The position numbers were made by a program, and so were the translations under genes. From contig JAZDKZ010000005.1 in the NCBI GenBank assembly GCA_043802485.1, forward strand, positions 1-64,000: DNA of 64,000 bases, written 5' to 3'. This document shows, piece by piece, positions 37,830 through 47,491 of this stretch (position 1 is its first letter; each line of letters begins with the position of its first letter). The DNA is from Candidatus Aenigmatarchaeota archaeon. Its GTDB lineage: Archaea; Aenigmatarchaeota; Aenigmatarchaeia; Aenigmatarchaeales; Aenigmatarchaeaceae. The notes under the pieces are model-generated. The model was not told the DNA's origin and did not search any database. It saw only the letters and a list, made by a program, of their open reading frames with translations.

Positions 37830-38337
37830 ATATTCCCAAATCATTAACAGTCAATATGGTTCTAAGCTCTATGTCCGCTTTGCCGAGATTCTGCACGGCA
37901 CCCTCGCACCTGTCAACAATCCCTCTGGCCTTCTCGTCCTCAATGTAGGGATATGCTTGTCTTAACAGAGCACTACACTTTAGAACAGTGCCTCCTTTGG
38001 TGAAAATATCATCAAAGTAACACACGTTATTTTTAACAAGCTTGCCTTTTATGTCTCCTGTATGTGGGTTGATGCTGATTATATCTCTTTTGGCTATTTC
38101 TGCAACCATCTTGGCAAACTCGTTTCCTCCTGTCACGATGCCCACAATATCATAAGTTTTTCCATTCTCTATTTCCTGAAACATCTCATAGCCTCGTTTG
38201 CAAAGAATTTCCCTTGCTTCCCTGTTCTTGAAAAGGGGGTCGCAAAACACCTTGTATTTGGAAGTTCCGCCAGAAGCAAGCTTGAACCCTTCATTAGAAT
38301 ATTTAATGCATTCAAGTTCATGGAACAATTGTTTCAA
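37819..38337 (-). CDS. pyrE: Orotate phosphoribosyltransferase-like
   Basis: FKLASGGTSKY, YFDDIFTKGGT, IVDR. Confidence 0.75.
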   Translation of the reverse strand: MKQLFHELECIKYSNEGFKLASGGTSKYKVFCDPLFKNREAREILCKRGYEMFQEIENGKTYDIVGIVTGGNEFAKMVAEIAKRDIISINPHTGDIKGKLVKNNVCYFDDIFTKGGTVLKCSALLRQAYPYIEDEKARGIVDRCEGAVQNLGKADIELRTILTVNDLGISIT

Positions 38338-38356
38338 TCTTTCGTTTATCGTAACA

Positions 38357-39187
38357 TCACAATCCTTTCATTACGTTCTTGACAAAATCATCTATTGTTT
38401 TGTATTCGGCCAGGCCTGAACCTAGCTGGTAGGCGTTTGCCCCAACACCTTCGAATCTCTTGACATCATATGAGCCGACTATCCCACCGCTGGCAATTAT
38501 CGGAAGCTTTGTTAGTTTTCTTATGTTTCTGACTTGGAAAAGAGACATGTGATGTATCGAATGGCCTGACTGACCACCTATTATGATGTACCTTTTCAGT
38601 TCAGGTGAATAGTCCATTGCACCTACACTGTTCATAGAGGTTATTCCGTCCATTCCTGTATCCTCTATCACTCCTACGACGTCTCTCAGCTTTTCATAGT
38701 CGCTAGAATAATAGGGAAGCTTGACAAATATGGGCTTGTCAGTCGACTTTCTTGTCTTCTTCAGAACATCCTTAAGGACTTTTGTTTTGAAACCAATCCT
38801 ATAACCGCCATAGTTTGAATGGGAACACGACACATTCAGTTCAAACGCATCACAAACCTTTTCAGTCTTTCTAGCCAGAAAAGAGAACTCTTTCCCATCC
38901 ATTCCAAGCAACTGGTTTATTAGGGGGATTTCAAATTCATACTCCTCTCTCTCCATAATGAAATGTTTATGACCTGGGCTGGGATTCTTCATGCAGTTGA
39001 GAATAAGACCGTGATACGGGTTTGTCGCTTTGACCCCACTGCCGCCATAATTCTCGTACACTGTGGTGCCTTTTGTCACCACTGCTCCAACACCAGACCT
39101 TTCCCAAACTTTCAACATATCAAAATTAGAACATATGCCAGAACCGTTCATCAAAGGATTTTTCAGTTCAAGGCCGGCCAACTTCAT
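38357..39187 (-). CDS. pyrD: Dihydroorotate dehydrogenase family 1 (divergent)
   Basis: LKNPLMNGSG, GAVVTKG, ELNVSCSH, PIFVKL, GGQSG, PIIASGGI. Confidence 0.82.
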   Translation of the reverse strand: MKLAGLELKNPLMNGSGICSNFDMLKVWERSGVGAVVTKGTTVYENYGGSGVKATNPYHGLILNCMKNPSPGHKHFIMEREEYEFEIPLINQLLGMDGKEFSFLARKTEKVCDAFELNVSCSHSNYGGYRIGFKTKVLKDVLKKTRKSTDKPIFVKLPYYSSDYEKLRDVVGVIEDTGMDGITSMNSVGAMDYSPELKRYIIIGGQSGHSIHHMSLFQVRNIRKLTKLPIIASGGIVGSYDVKRFEGVGANAYQLGSGLAEYKTIDDFVKNVMKGL

Positions 39188-39246
39188 TGCTATCACACTA
39201 CAATGAGTTACAAAAAGATATATACATTACTCTCAAATTGTTAATC

Positions 39247-39513
39247 ATGCTGTTCCTGCTTGGCATCCTGGACATTCTTGGAGGAATCTTCATGTTCTTC
39301 CCAGGATCGATAGCCTTCTTCCTGGGAATACTGATACTCCTGAAAGGGGTTTCATCGATGTTAGGAATGCTCACCGGAGATCTGGGAGTGATAATCATGG
39401 GCATACTTGACCTGATAACGGGAATAGCGCTGGTATTCGGTTTCTTCGTCCCGTGGCTCTGGCTGCTGATGGTAATCAAGGGCGCATATTCTCTGGTAGC
39501 AGGACTGAGTTAA
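39247..39513 (+). CDS. Small membrane protein with internal duplication
   Basis: GILDILGG...LKG and GILDLITG...IKG repeat. Confidence 0.7.
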   Translation: MLFLLGILDILGGIFMFFPGSIAFFLGILILLKGVSSMLGMLTGDLGVIIMGILDLITGIALVFGFFVPWLWLLMVIKGAYSLVAGLS

Positions 39514-39518
39514 GAGTT

Positions 39519-41711
39519 TTATTTCTTCTTGGAGAATTTTCTGGGCTTGCCCCAGTTGGCCTTTGTCTCGCATGTAGTCTCAAGGCACATCTTGAACGGC
39601 CTTCTGCCCTTTCTGTAAACCATTATTATCGGGGTCTTGCACTTGTAACATGTCTTGCCAGTCCTCTGTATTGACGAGCCGCCGGGCAGGGGATAGGTCC
39701 TGCTGCAGGAGGGTTGCCAATCCTTCTCCCTCCAGCCGCATTTGCATCTGCCCTTCTGCTTACCGCACTTGGGGCACTTACACTTGCATTCGGTCTTTGA
39801 TAGGCCACAGACCTTGCACTTTGACCAGCTGTCGCAACCGACGAACATTTTTTTGGTCAGCGGACTGTACATCATCTTGAGCACGCCTCCACATGAAGGG
39901 CAGACACCCAATACAGACATGTCATTCTGTGTCTTCAGTATCGCTTCACCTAATTCCTTGCCTATCTCGTCTTCGTGTTCTCTGAATTCATCACATATTT
40001 TGTTCAGTGATTTCTTGGCCTTGTTAAGAACCGTCTGGCTTTTTATCTTTCCATTAGCTATCTTCTCGATGTCCTTTTCAAAAGTCCTGGTCAGCTTCTC
40101 GTCAACAAAATCAGGAACATAGTTCTCCAAAGCGTTAGCCACCTTCATGCCAAGGGTGGTTACCTTGATGCTCTTTCCTAGAATATAATCCCTGTCATAG
40201 AGGGTCTGCAGAATGTTGGCTCGGGTAGCCCTTGTGCCTAATCCTCTTTTCTCCATCTCCTTTATTATCGATGCCTGGGAATACCGGGAAGGCGGTGTTG
40301 TCTCTTTTCTCATCATCTCCAAGGCTTTGATGTCCAACTTGTCGCCTTTCTTGATGTTCGGAAAAATAATTTCCTCGAACCTTGCGTAAGGCATGTAGAA
40401 CTCAATCCAGCCTTTCTCAACAGTCCTTGTCCCGGATGCAAGGAACTTGTTTTTGTTGACGTCAATGATTATTTTTTCTGTCTCCCTTACAGCAGGCTCA
40501 CCGAAGCAGGAGAAGTATCTCCTGCATATAAGGTCGTAGATTCTCTGGGCAGGGATGCCCATCTTCCTCTTTGGCGGCTCCACTGTCGGGTGTATTGCCT
40601 CGTGCGCAGGGTCTGTCCTCTTGCCCTCTGTGGGGTTCAAAATTTTCATTGCCAGGAGCTTTTTGCAAATCTTGCTGTAATTCTTTAACTTTGAAAGGGC
40701 TTTCAGTATCTCGCTGTAGCCGATTTGAGGGGGCAGCTTCTCCGAAGAAGTCCTTGGGTAGGATATGTAGGCGCTGGTATAGAGCTTCTGGGCAATCTTT
40801 AAGGTCTGCTGCGGCGAATAGCCGAACAGTCTGTAAGCTTCGGTCTGCAGGGAGGTTATGTTGAAGGGCGCTGGAGGATTCAGCCTGTACTTTTTCTTCT
40901 CTACAGAATCAACAATAGCAGGCTTGTCCTTACAAGATTCGAATATCTTCTTTGCCTTTTCCTCCTCCCATATCTTGTCCTCCTCGTAGATAGCGACAAT
41001 CTCCATTCCGTCTTTGATAAGCAGTAGTTGCAGTTGCCAATAAGGGATTGGCTTGAACTCTTGTATCTCTTTCTCTCTGTTGGCGAGCATTGTCAATGTG
41101 GGTCCCTGAACCCTGCCAGCAGAGACTATGGAGAATCTTTGCGAGAATTTTTTCGCAGCCAGCGTCAACGCTCGGGTGATTGACATGCCGTAATAGTAAT
41201 CTAGAAAGTGCCTTGTTATTCCTGACTCGATGTTGCCATCGTCGAGATGGGGAGACATCTCATCATATGCCTTCACTAAATCCTGCTTTGTCAGGGTGGA
41301 GAACTTCATCCTGCCAGCGTCCTTCTTGTTGAATATGAACCTGATAATGTTAGCAGCTATGACTGATCCTTCAGTATCGTAGTCTGTGGCGCTCACCAGT
41401 TCCAGATCCTTCTGCTTTGCCACTTCCTCTATTGTCCTGTAATACCTCTCTGTGAAGGCGGCTGTCTTGTTGGTTTTGAAAGTAGGCAACCATTCCACAT
41501 CAAAAATAGGATAGGTCCATCCTTTACCTATCTGCTTCAGGCCGAACAGATGACCGACTGCTGAAACGACGATATGGGTCTTACCGTTCCTCTCAAACTC
41601 ATAGTAGTCGACCCTGTACCTGCCAGTCCTCTTCTTCAAACCTTTCTCGGCAAGCGCCTTTGCTATACGCTCCATAGCATCTGGCTTTTCTGCTATTATT
41701 ACGACTGTCAT
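39519..41711 (-). CDS. topA: DNA topoisomerase IA
   Basis: IAEKP, ATDYDTEG, SAGRVQGPTL, ISYPRT, AHEAIHPT, GLGTRATR, C-terminal Zn ribbons. Confidence 0.96.
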   Translation of the reverse strand: MTVVIIAEKPDAMERIAKALAEKGLKKRTGRYRVDYYEFERNGKTHIVVSAVGHLFGLKQIGKGWTYPIFDVEWLPTFKTNKTAAFTERYYRTIEEVAKQKDLELVSATDYDTEGSVIAANIIRFIFNKKDAGRMKFSTLTKQDLVKAYDEMSPHLDDGNIESGITRHFLDYYYGMSITRALTLAAKKFSQRFSIVSAGRVQGPTLTMLANREKEIQEFKPIPYWQLQLLLIKDGMEIVAIYEEDKIWEEEKAKKIFESCKDKPAIVDSVEKKKYRLNPPAPFNITSLQTEAYRLFGYSPQQTLKIAQKLYTSAYISYPRTSSEKLPPQIGYSEILKALSKLKNYSKICKKLLAMKILNPTEGKRTDPAHEAIHPTVEPPKRKMGIPAQRIYDLICRRYFSCFGEPAVRETEKIIIDVNKNKFLASGTRTVEKGWIEFYMPYARFEEIIFPNIKKGDKLDIKALEMMRKETTPPSRYSQASIIKEMEKRGLGTRATRANILQTLYDRDYILGKSIKVTTLGMKVANALENYVPDFVDEKLTRTFEKDIEKIANGKIKSQTVLNKAKKSLNKICDEFREHEDEIGKELGEAILKTQNDMSVLGVCPSCGGVLKMMYSPLTKKMFVGCDSWSKCKVCGLSKTECKCKCPKCGKQKGRCKCGWREKDWQPSCSRTYPLPGGSSIQRTGKTCYKCKTPIIMVYRKGRRPFKMCLETTCETKANWGKPRKFSKKK

Positions 41712-41767
41712 AGAAACCGTTCAGAATATAGATTATGTTCGAAACTTAAAAGGTTTTTTGACTATAG

Positions 41768-41796
41768 TGTGGAGGGCAGGATTTGAACTAGCGAAC
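41768..41796 (-). pseudogene. Degenerate 3' fragment of a tRNA-Leu-like gene
   Basis: 41766-41796 matches 11407-11437 at 26/31 nt (T arm + acceptor 3' strand); no 5' half adjacent. Confidence 0.65.
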
Positions 41797-41797
41797 A

Positions 41798-42229
41798 TCA
41801 ACCCAAAGTCACTAAGATAGCGCCAACGACCATCAAGGCGGTTCCTATCGATATTTTCAAACTGATTTTCTCCCCTAGTACTAGGAAAGCCAGTATTATG
41901 ACAAAAACTATGCTCAACCTGTCTATCGGAGCAACCTGAGACACTTTACCTATCTTTAGAGCTAGGAAATAGAATAGCCATGACAACGCGCCTGCAATAC
42001 CGCTCAAGAATATGTAAGATAACGCCTTTGTGTTGGAAAATATTGTTGCAACGTTCTCGACCTTCCCTGTGAAGGCTATAACTAAGACAAGAAGCCCAAA
42101 CATTATACCTGCCCTTATCATCGTGGCCGTGTTGGCATCAATTCCTTCCAAACCGATTTTACCAAATATAGCTACAATGGCTGCAAAAACCGCTGACAGT
42201 ACCGCAAATATCAGCCATGTATAATCCAT
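41798..42229 (-). CDS. EamA/DMT family transporter
   Basis: AVFAAIVAIFGKIGL, SWLFYFLAL, VAPIDRLS, LGEK. Confidence 0.93.
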   Translation of the reverse strand: MDYTWLIFAVLSAVFAAIVAIFGKIGLEGIDANTATMIRAGIMFGLLVLVIAFTGKVENVATIFSNTKALSYIFLSGIAGALSWLFYFLALKIGKVSQVAPIDRLSIVFVIILAFLVLGEKISLKISIGTALMVVGAILVTLG

Positions 42230-42233
42230 AATA

Positions 42234-43520
42234 TCATTTTAGTTTTTCCAGCTTCTTTATCCCGCACATATATGGTAAAAGAACTTTCGGAATGAGAACT
42301 GTCCCGTCCTTCTGCTGGTACTGCTCTATTATAGAGACCATAATCCTGGAAGTTGCCAGAGCCGTATTGTTCAAGGTGTGCACATAACCAGCAGGAGCCT
42401 GGCCTTCTTTTTCTCTGTACTTTATGTTGAGCCTTCTTGCCTGATAGTCGGTGCAGTTGGAATTGGAGCCTGTCTCCCTGAACACGCCGTCAGCCATCCA
42501 AGAAAGTATGTCATACTTCTTGGCAGCTATGCTGCCAATGTCTCCAGTGCATACGTTGACAACCTGATAGTGCAGCCCCAAGCCTTGGTAAAGTTCCTCA
42601 GAATTCTTCTGCAACTCTTCGTGGTACTTCCAAGAATTCTTCGGCTGGCAGAATATGAACTGCTCAACTTTGTTGAATTGGTGGACACGGAAAAGGCCTC
42701 TGGTGTACTTGCCGTGCGCTCCAATCTCCCTTCTAAAGTTGGTGCTCAAGCCGACAAACTTTAACGGCAAATCATCCTTGTTCAGAACTTCTCCTTTGAA
42801 CATCGAACCCACAGGATGCTCGGCCGTTGCAATCATGTACAAATCATCATTTTCAATCTTGTACATAACGCTCTCGAAATCGGCTAGGTCGACCATGCCC
42901 TCGTAAGCGTCCCTTCTCATCATGTGTGGAGGTATGACAAAAACATAGCCCTTCTTGACAAGCGATTCGACCGCGTACCTTATTATCGCCTGGTCAAGCA
43001 AAGCCAACGAACCTTTCAGATAGTAGAATCCGGAACCAGCAATCTTTGCCGCTCGCTCCTCGTCCAATAAACCCAGATTAGTAACAATGTCGGCATGATT
43101 CTTCGGCTCGAAATCGAACTGCGGCTTCTTGCCCCAGGCCTTTAGAATAACATTGTTGTCCTCACCCTCTCCGACAGGAACCGACTCATGTAATATGTTC
43201 GGAATCCTCATCATGGCATAGTCAATCTTTTCCTTCAGCTCCTCCATTTCATCTTCCGAGATATTTAGCTTGTCTGGTATATCCTTGGCTTCCTGCATCT
43301 TGGAGGAAGCGTCTTTTTTCTCCTTCTTCAGTTTGGATATCTCCTTGGAAAGGCTGTTCCTCTTGTGCTTGAGGTCTTCGACCTGCTGCAGGAGCTCCCT
43401 GTATTTCTTGTCGTTTGCTATCAGGTCGTTTAGCATCTTTATTTTCTCTGGGTCCTTTCTCTTCTTCAGGTCGTCCATAACGACCTTGGGGTTCTCCCTT
43501 ATCAGTTTTATGTCAAGCAT
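42234..43520 (-). CDS. serS: Seryl-tRNA synthetase
   Basis: MLDIKLIRENP, IATAEHP, FRREIG, FRVHQFNKVE, NCTDYQARRL, HTLNNT. Confidence 0.97.
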   Translation of the reverse strand: MLDIKLIRENPKVVMDDLKKRKDPEKIKMLNDLIANDKKYRELLQQVEDLKHKRNSLSKEISKLKKEKKDASSKMQEAKDIPDKLNISEDEMEELKEKIDYAMMRIPNILHESVPVGEGEDNNVILKAWGKKPQFDFEPKNHADIVTNLGLLDEERAAKIAGSGFYYLKGSLALLDQAIIRYAVESLVKKGYVFVIPPHMMRRDAYEGMVDLADFESVMYKIENDDLYMIATAEHPVGSMFKGEVLNKDDLPLKFVGLSTNFRREIGAHGKYTRGLFRVHQFNKVEQFIFCQPKNSWKYHEELQKNSEELYQGLGLHYQVVNVCTGDIGSIAAKKYDILSWMADGVFRETGSNSNCTDYQARRLNIKYREKEGQAPAGYVHTLNNTALATSRIMVSIIEQYQQKDGTVLIPKVLLPYMCGIKKLEKLK

Positions 43521-43533
43521 GTTATCACAATAA

Positions 43534-44610
43534 TTATCTTGTTATCTTGGCTTTCTTCATGACCTCATGAAGTTCTCTTGCTTTCTTGTTCTTTTCAAAA
43601 TGGTCACGAACAGGTTCTATTAGTTTGTCAATGTAAATAGCCACAGCATTCTTCAGGTCGAGTGGAAAAAGCTTTCCTGATGCATAGTCCTTGCTCAGTT
43701 CTTCATAGCTTGTGTATGTCACGTCGCCACCGAACTTGGCAGGCCTCTCTATCTTTATTTTATCGAACCTTTCAAAAATAATATACTTGCAGTATTCGAG
43801 TATGGGATTCTCGTCGACCTGCTTATCCGGGCAGTATGCTGCCCTTATTTTCTTGGTTATCTCATCATTCGTGTCTGTCATGAAGATTGCCGAGCTCGGT
43901 ATCGACTTTGACATCTTCATTGCAATCTTCCTTTCAATAGAATCCTTTATATCAAACGCAGGAGCTGAAAGCCCCATAAGCATGTGATAGTTAAGAACAA
44001 CAGGTTTCTTCAAACCCAGTTTGGGAGCAATCTCCCTGGCAAGCATGTTCACCTTTCTCTGGTCCATCCCTAGGTTTGTTATATCAACATCAAGCTCGAA
44101 AATGTCAGAAGTCTGCATGCAAGGATATAATATCTGAGCAGCGCTTAGATTGTCCTTCTCGCTTCTTCCCATTATCTGCACTGTCCTTAGAACTCTGCTT
44201 AGTGTGACCTCTCTCCCTATACTGACAACCCTTTTCCAATAGTCCTCTTTTCCCATAACTTCTTTTGACCATATGAACTCGACCTTGTCAGTGTCCATGC
44301 CACAAGCCTTCCACACTTCTATAAAGTACTCTCCGGCAGTCCTGATTTTTTCCATGTCGCCTCCCATCTTGTTGTTCATCCAGGCGAACCAGTCTGCAAC
44401 CCAGAATTTGAACTTACAGCCAGCATCAAGAAGTTTGTTAGTGTTGATGGCCCTCATAATACCTTGTGCTATGTGCATTTGGCCAGAAGGCTCGAAGCCG
44501 TCATAAACAATAGGATGTTTATTGGTTTGAAGGAGCTGTCTCAGCTCCTCCTCTGTAATTATCTCCTCTCCAACGCTTTTTATGAGCTCTAATCTTTTCT
44601 CGACATCCAT
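43534..44610 (-). CDS. tyrS: Tyrosyl-tRNA synthetase
   Basis: YDGFEPSGQMHIAQG, YPCMQ, GMDQRK, KMSKS, AYCP. Confidence 0.96.
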   Translation of the reverse strand: MDVEKRLELIKSVGEEIITEEELRQLLQTNKHPIVYDGFEPSGQMHIAQGIMRAINTNKLLDAGCKFKFWVADWFAWMNNKMGGDMEKIRTAGEYFIEVWKACGMDTDKVEFIWSKEVMGKEDYWKRVVSIGREVTLSRVLRTVQIMGRSEKDNLSAAQILYPCMQTSDIFELDVDITNLGMDQRKVNMLAREIAPKLGLKKPVVLNYHMLMGLSAPAFDIKDSIERKIAMKMSKSIPSSAIFMTDTNDEITKKIRAAYCPDKQVDENPILEYCKYIIFERFDKIKIERPAKFGGDVTYTSYEELSKDYASGKLFPLDLKNAVAIYIDKLIEPVRDHFEKNKKARELHEVMKKAKITR

Positions 44611-44671
44611 CTAATCACTATTATCATTTTGAGTCGCATGATATAAATATTTGAAATTCGATTAAAGTTTT

Positions 44672-44797
44672 ATGGAAAATTTCGAGTGCTGGATGCCTGA
44701 CTGGAACTATCTGAACAAGGTCTGTAAAAAGGCGGTCAAGGACATGAAGCAGCATTTTCCAACAAGCCAGAATCATATAGCCCTGTGCCGCCTATGA
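44672..44797 (+). pseudogene. Possible N-terminal remnant of a purine phosphoribosyltransferase
   Basis: MENFECWMPDWNYLNKVCKKAVKDMK...HIALCRL* resembles an archaeal PRTase start up to the IALxRGG motif, then stops. Confidence 0.4.
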
Positions 44798-44877
44798 AGC
44801 CTATTTCAACCTTTTCCATAAACCTTATGAATATTGGGAAAATATTAATTTATCTATTCCAACTGGTTAAGATTAAT

Positions 44878-46119
44878 ATGAATTTAAAATGTTTGGGTGG
44901 TTTCAGGGAAGTGGGCAAGAATGCCGTCTTGGTTGACACCAAGAAGAAGATAATGTTCGACTACGGCATAAAGGTAGAGACAGGCGAGCCTCCGCTCAAA
45001 ACGGACAAGGTCGACGCAATAGTGCTGAACCACGCTCACCTGGACCATGTGGGTTCTGTACCGTCCCTATACAAGAAGCAGAAACCAGACATCATATCAA
45101 CATCAACAACGTTCGATCTGGCCCATCTCATAATAAAGGACAGCTTAAAGGTGGCCAGAATAAGGGGCATGACAAAGCATTTTGACAAGAGTGACATTGA
45201 GAAGATGAAGAAAAAGGAAATCATGATAACCTACGGTCAGAAATACGAGACTGAAGACTATACGATGGAGTTCTTCAACGCGGGCCACATACCAGGCAGC
45301 TTCTGCTGCCTGCTGGAAATAGGCGGCAAGAGGCTATTCTATACTTCCGATTTTAACACCAACGATTCAAGGCTGCTGAAAGGCGCGAACATAAAGGTGA
45401 AGGACATCGACGTCCTGATAATGGAGAGCACGTATTCCAACAGGGAGCACCCTCCAAGAAAGGATACTGAAAAGAAGTTCTTCGAGGCTGTGCAGGACAC
45501 CATCTCTAATGAAGGAGTCGCAGTGATACCTTCATTCGCTATCGGCCGAGCTGCCGAGGTACTCATGGTTCTGGATTCTTTCAAGCATGATTTTCCCATA
45601 TATCTGGACGGCATGGCAAGAGTAGCCACAGAATTGTCGTTAGAGCATCCGGAATTCATCAGGGACCCGAAGGCATTGAAAAACGCGTTCAGAAGGGTCA
45701 AGGTGGTTGAAAGCGATTTGATGAGGAAGAAGATAACCAAAACCCCTTGCGCGATCGTCACGACTTCCGGTTTATTGGAAGGCGGCCCATCTGTCAGGTA
45801 TGTCAAGTCGCTTTACAACAACGTCGAGAGCTCTATAATATTCACAGGCTTCTTGATTCCAAAGACCGCAGGCAGATATCTGGTCGACACGGGCAGGTTC
45901 GTGACAGAGGGCTTTGACCTGAAGATAAAGATGGGCATAGAAAAAATGGATTTCTCTGCGCACACTGGAAGAGACGGCCTGTTCAATTTTGTCAACAAGA
46001 TGAACCCGGAGAAGGTGATATGCATGCACGGGGACTATTGTGAGAGGTTTGCAAGCGAGCTCAGGGGAAGGGGTTTTGACGCCATCGCTCCTGTGAACGG
46101 GGACGTTGTAAACATCTAG
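44878..46119 (+). CDS. Beta-CASP metallo-beta-lactamase ribonuclease (aCPSF2-like, no KH domains)
   Basis: LGGFREVGKN, HAHLDH, AGHIPGS, MESTY, FAIGRA, FSAH, MHGD. Confidence 0.93.
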   Translation: MNLKCLGGFREVGKNAVLVDTKKKIMFDYGIKVETGEPPLKTDKVDAIVLNHAHLDHVGSVPSLYKKQKPDIISTSTTFDLAHLIIKDSLKVARIRGMTKHFDKSDIEKMKKKEIMITYGQKYETEDYTMEFFNAGHIPGSFCCLLEIGGKRLFYTSDFNTNDSRLLKGANIKVKDIDVLIMESTYSNREHPPRKDTEKKFFEAVQDTISNEGVAVIPSFAIGRAAEVLMVLDSFKHDFPIYLDGMARVATELSLEHPEFIRDPKALKNAFRRVKVVESDLMRKKITKTPCAIVTTSGLLEGGPSVRYVKSLYNNVESSIIFTGFLIPKTAGRYLVDTGRFVTEGFDLKIKMGIEKMDFSAHTGRDGLFNFVNKMNPEKVICMHGDYCERFASELRGRGFDAIAPVNGDVVNI

Positions 46120-46150
46120 TTTTTTATGATAGGGTTTCTAAATTAGGTAT

Positions 46151-46642
46151 ATGGCTGTAAAAATACGAAAGTTCAGTTTAATTCACGCCAAGGATTACAA
46201 GAAGATTCTTGACAACAAGGATATAAAATGGCATGGAAAGTATACAGTCAAACCGATTCCGTTGTCTGACATAAAGAAATATATCAGGCAACAGATGAAG
46301 ATAAAAAATTATTGTGAATTCGCAATAATTGTTGATGATAAATTTGTTGGAACGATAAGTATAGAAAAAATAGACAAATTAAATAAAAACGCTAACATTG
46401 GTTACTGGGTAGCAAAATCTTACAGGGGCAAAGGCATAGCGACAAAAGCAGTCAAACTGGCTGTTAAATTTGGTTTCAGTAAATTCAAGCTAAAAAGGAT
46501 TTACGCTACTGTTAGAAAAGACAACGTTGCTTCATGTAAGGTTTTAGAGAATGTAGGGTTTGATAGAGAAGGCTTACTAAGAAAGAGTGTTTTCAGAAAA
46601 GGAAAATTCTATGACGAGCGTCTTTATTCTGTTTTAAAATGA
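46151..46642 (+). CDS. GNAT acetyltransferase (RimJ/RimL type)
   Basis: NIGYWVAKSYRGKGIAT, NVASCKVLENVGF. Confidence 0.9.
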   Translation: MAVKIRKFSLIHAKDYKKILDNKDIKWHGKYTVKPIPLSDIKKYIRQQMKIKNYCEFAIIVDDKFVGTISIEKIDKLNKNANIGYWVAKSYRGKGIATKAVKLAVKFGFSKFKLKRIYATVRKDNVASCKVLENVGFDREGLLRKSVFRKGKFYDERLYSVLK

Positions 46643-46644
46643 AT

Positions 46645-47406
46645 TCACTTTCTGTTAACTATCCATATCATTTCTCTACTTTTTTCATTAATCCTATGCC
46701 TATTAAAGTCACCATAAACATTTTTGACTTTAAACCCACAGAGTTCCAATAAATATTTAATCTCGGTAAAAAAACAATATCTCAAAGTTATCCTATTTCT
46801 TTTCTCATAGATTTTTCTATTATTTTTAATTTTTTTTATAATATATTCAGAATAAGATATCTGATTAAGTCTGTCTATTCTAGACTTGTAATAAAGTTTT
46901 ATGGTTTCTTTGTTTTTCTTGTCAAAAAATGTTTTTAATAGTTCTTCTTTAGAATTCTGTTGTGATATTATTTTACAATCTGGAACAAAAATATTAAAAA
47001 TCAATCTGCCCCCTTTTTTCAAATGCCTTTTACAACAAAGAAGAGTGTTTTTTTGGTCTTTATCCGTAACTGCATTTAGGAAGCTTCTGTTAGCTATTAT
47101 AATCAAATCAAATTTCTTTCTCAAATTGAATTTTTTCATGTCTCTTTGTAAAAATTTGACTTTGTTTCCCAAACCATCTGCTTTAGCCTTATTTCTAGCA
47201 ATGTCAATCATTTTCTTTGACATATCAATACCAACTACCTTAATACCTTTTTTTGCTATTGGTATTGCCAAGCGTCCTGTTCCACAACCTACATCTAGTA
47301 CTGTACTGGATTTAGAAGCTTCTTTTTGATAGAATTTCAAATCCCCTTCATTTCCCTTATGAAACATATCATAGTATTTTGCTATAGAGTCAAATTCGCT
47401 TTTCAT
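46645..47406 (-). CDS. Class I SAM-dependent methyltransferase (very AT-rich)
   Basis: VLDVGCGTGR, GIDMS, HLKKGG. Confidence 0.9.
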   Translation of the reverse strand: MKSEFDSIAKYYDMFHKGNEGDLKFYQKEASKSSTVLDVGCGTGRLAIPIAKKGIKVVGIDMSKKMIDIARNKAKADGLGNKVKFLQRDMKKFNLRKKFDLIIIANRSFLNAVTDKDQKNTLLCCKRHLKKGGRLIFNIFVPDCKIISQQNSKEELLKTFFDKKNKETIKLYYKSRIDRLNQISYSEYIIKKIKNNRKIYEKRNRITLRYCFFTEIKYLLELCGFKVKNVYGDFNRHRINEKSREMIWIVNRK

Positions 47407-47491
47407 ATTGAATATATTGAAGAACCGTCTTTTAAATCCTGTGTGGTTTGAACAAAACTGTGAACCTATTCATGAGGACTCTAAGTATGAA

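Noticed and set aside
11409..41796. 30-kb integrated element bounded by tRNA-Leu and its fragment
   Set aside because: The interval is full of core genes, has no integrase, and the fragment is upstream rather than downstream of the tRNA
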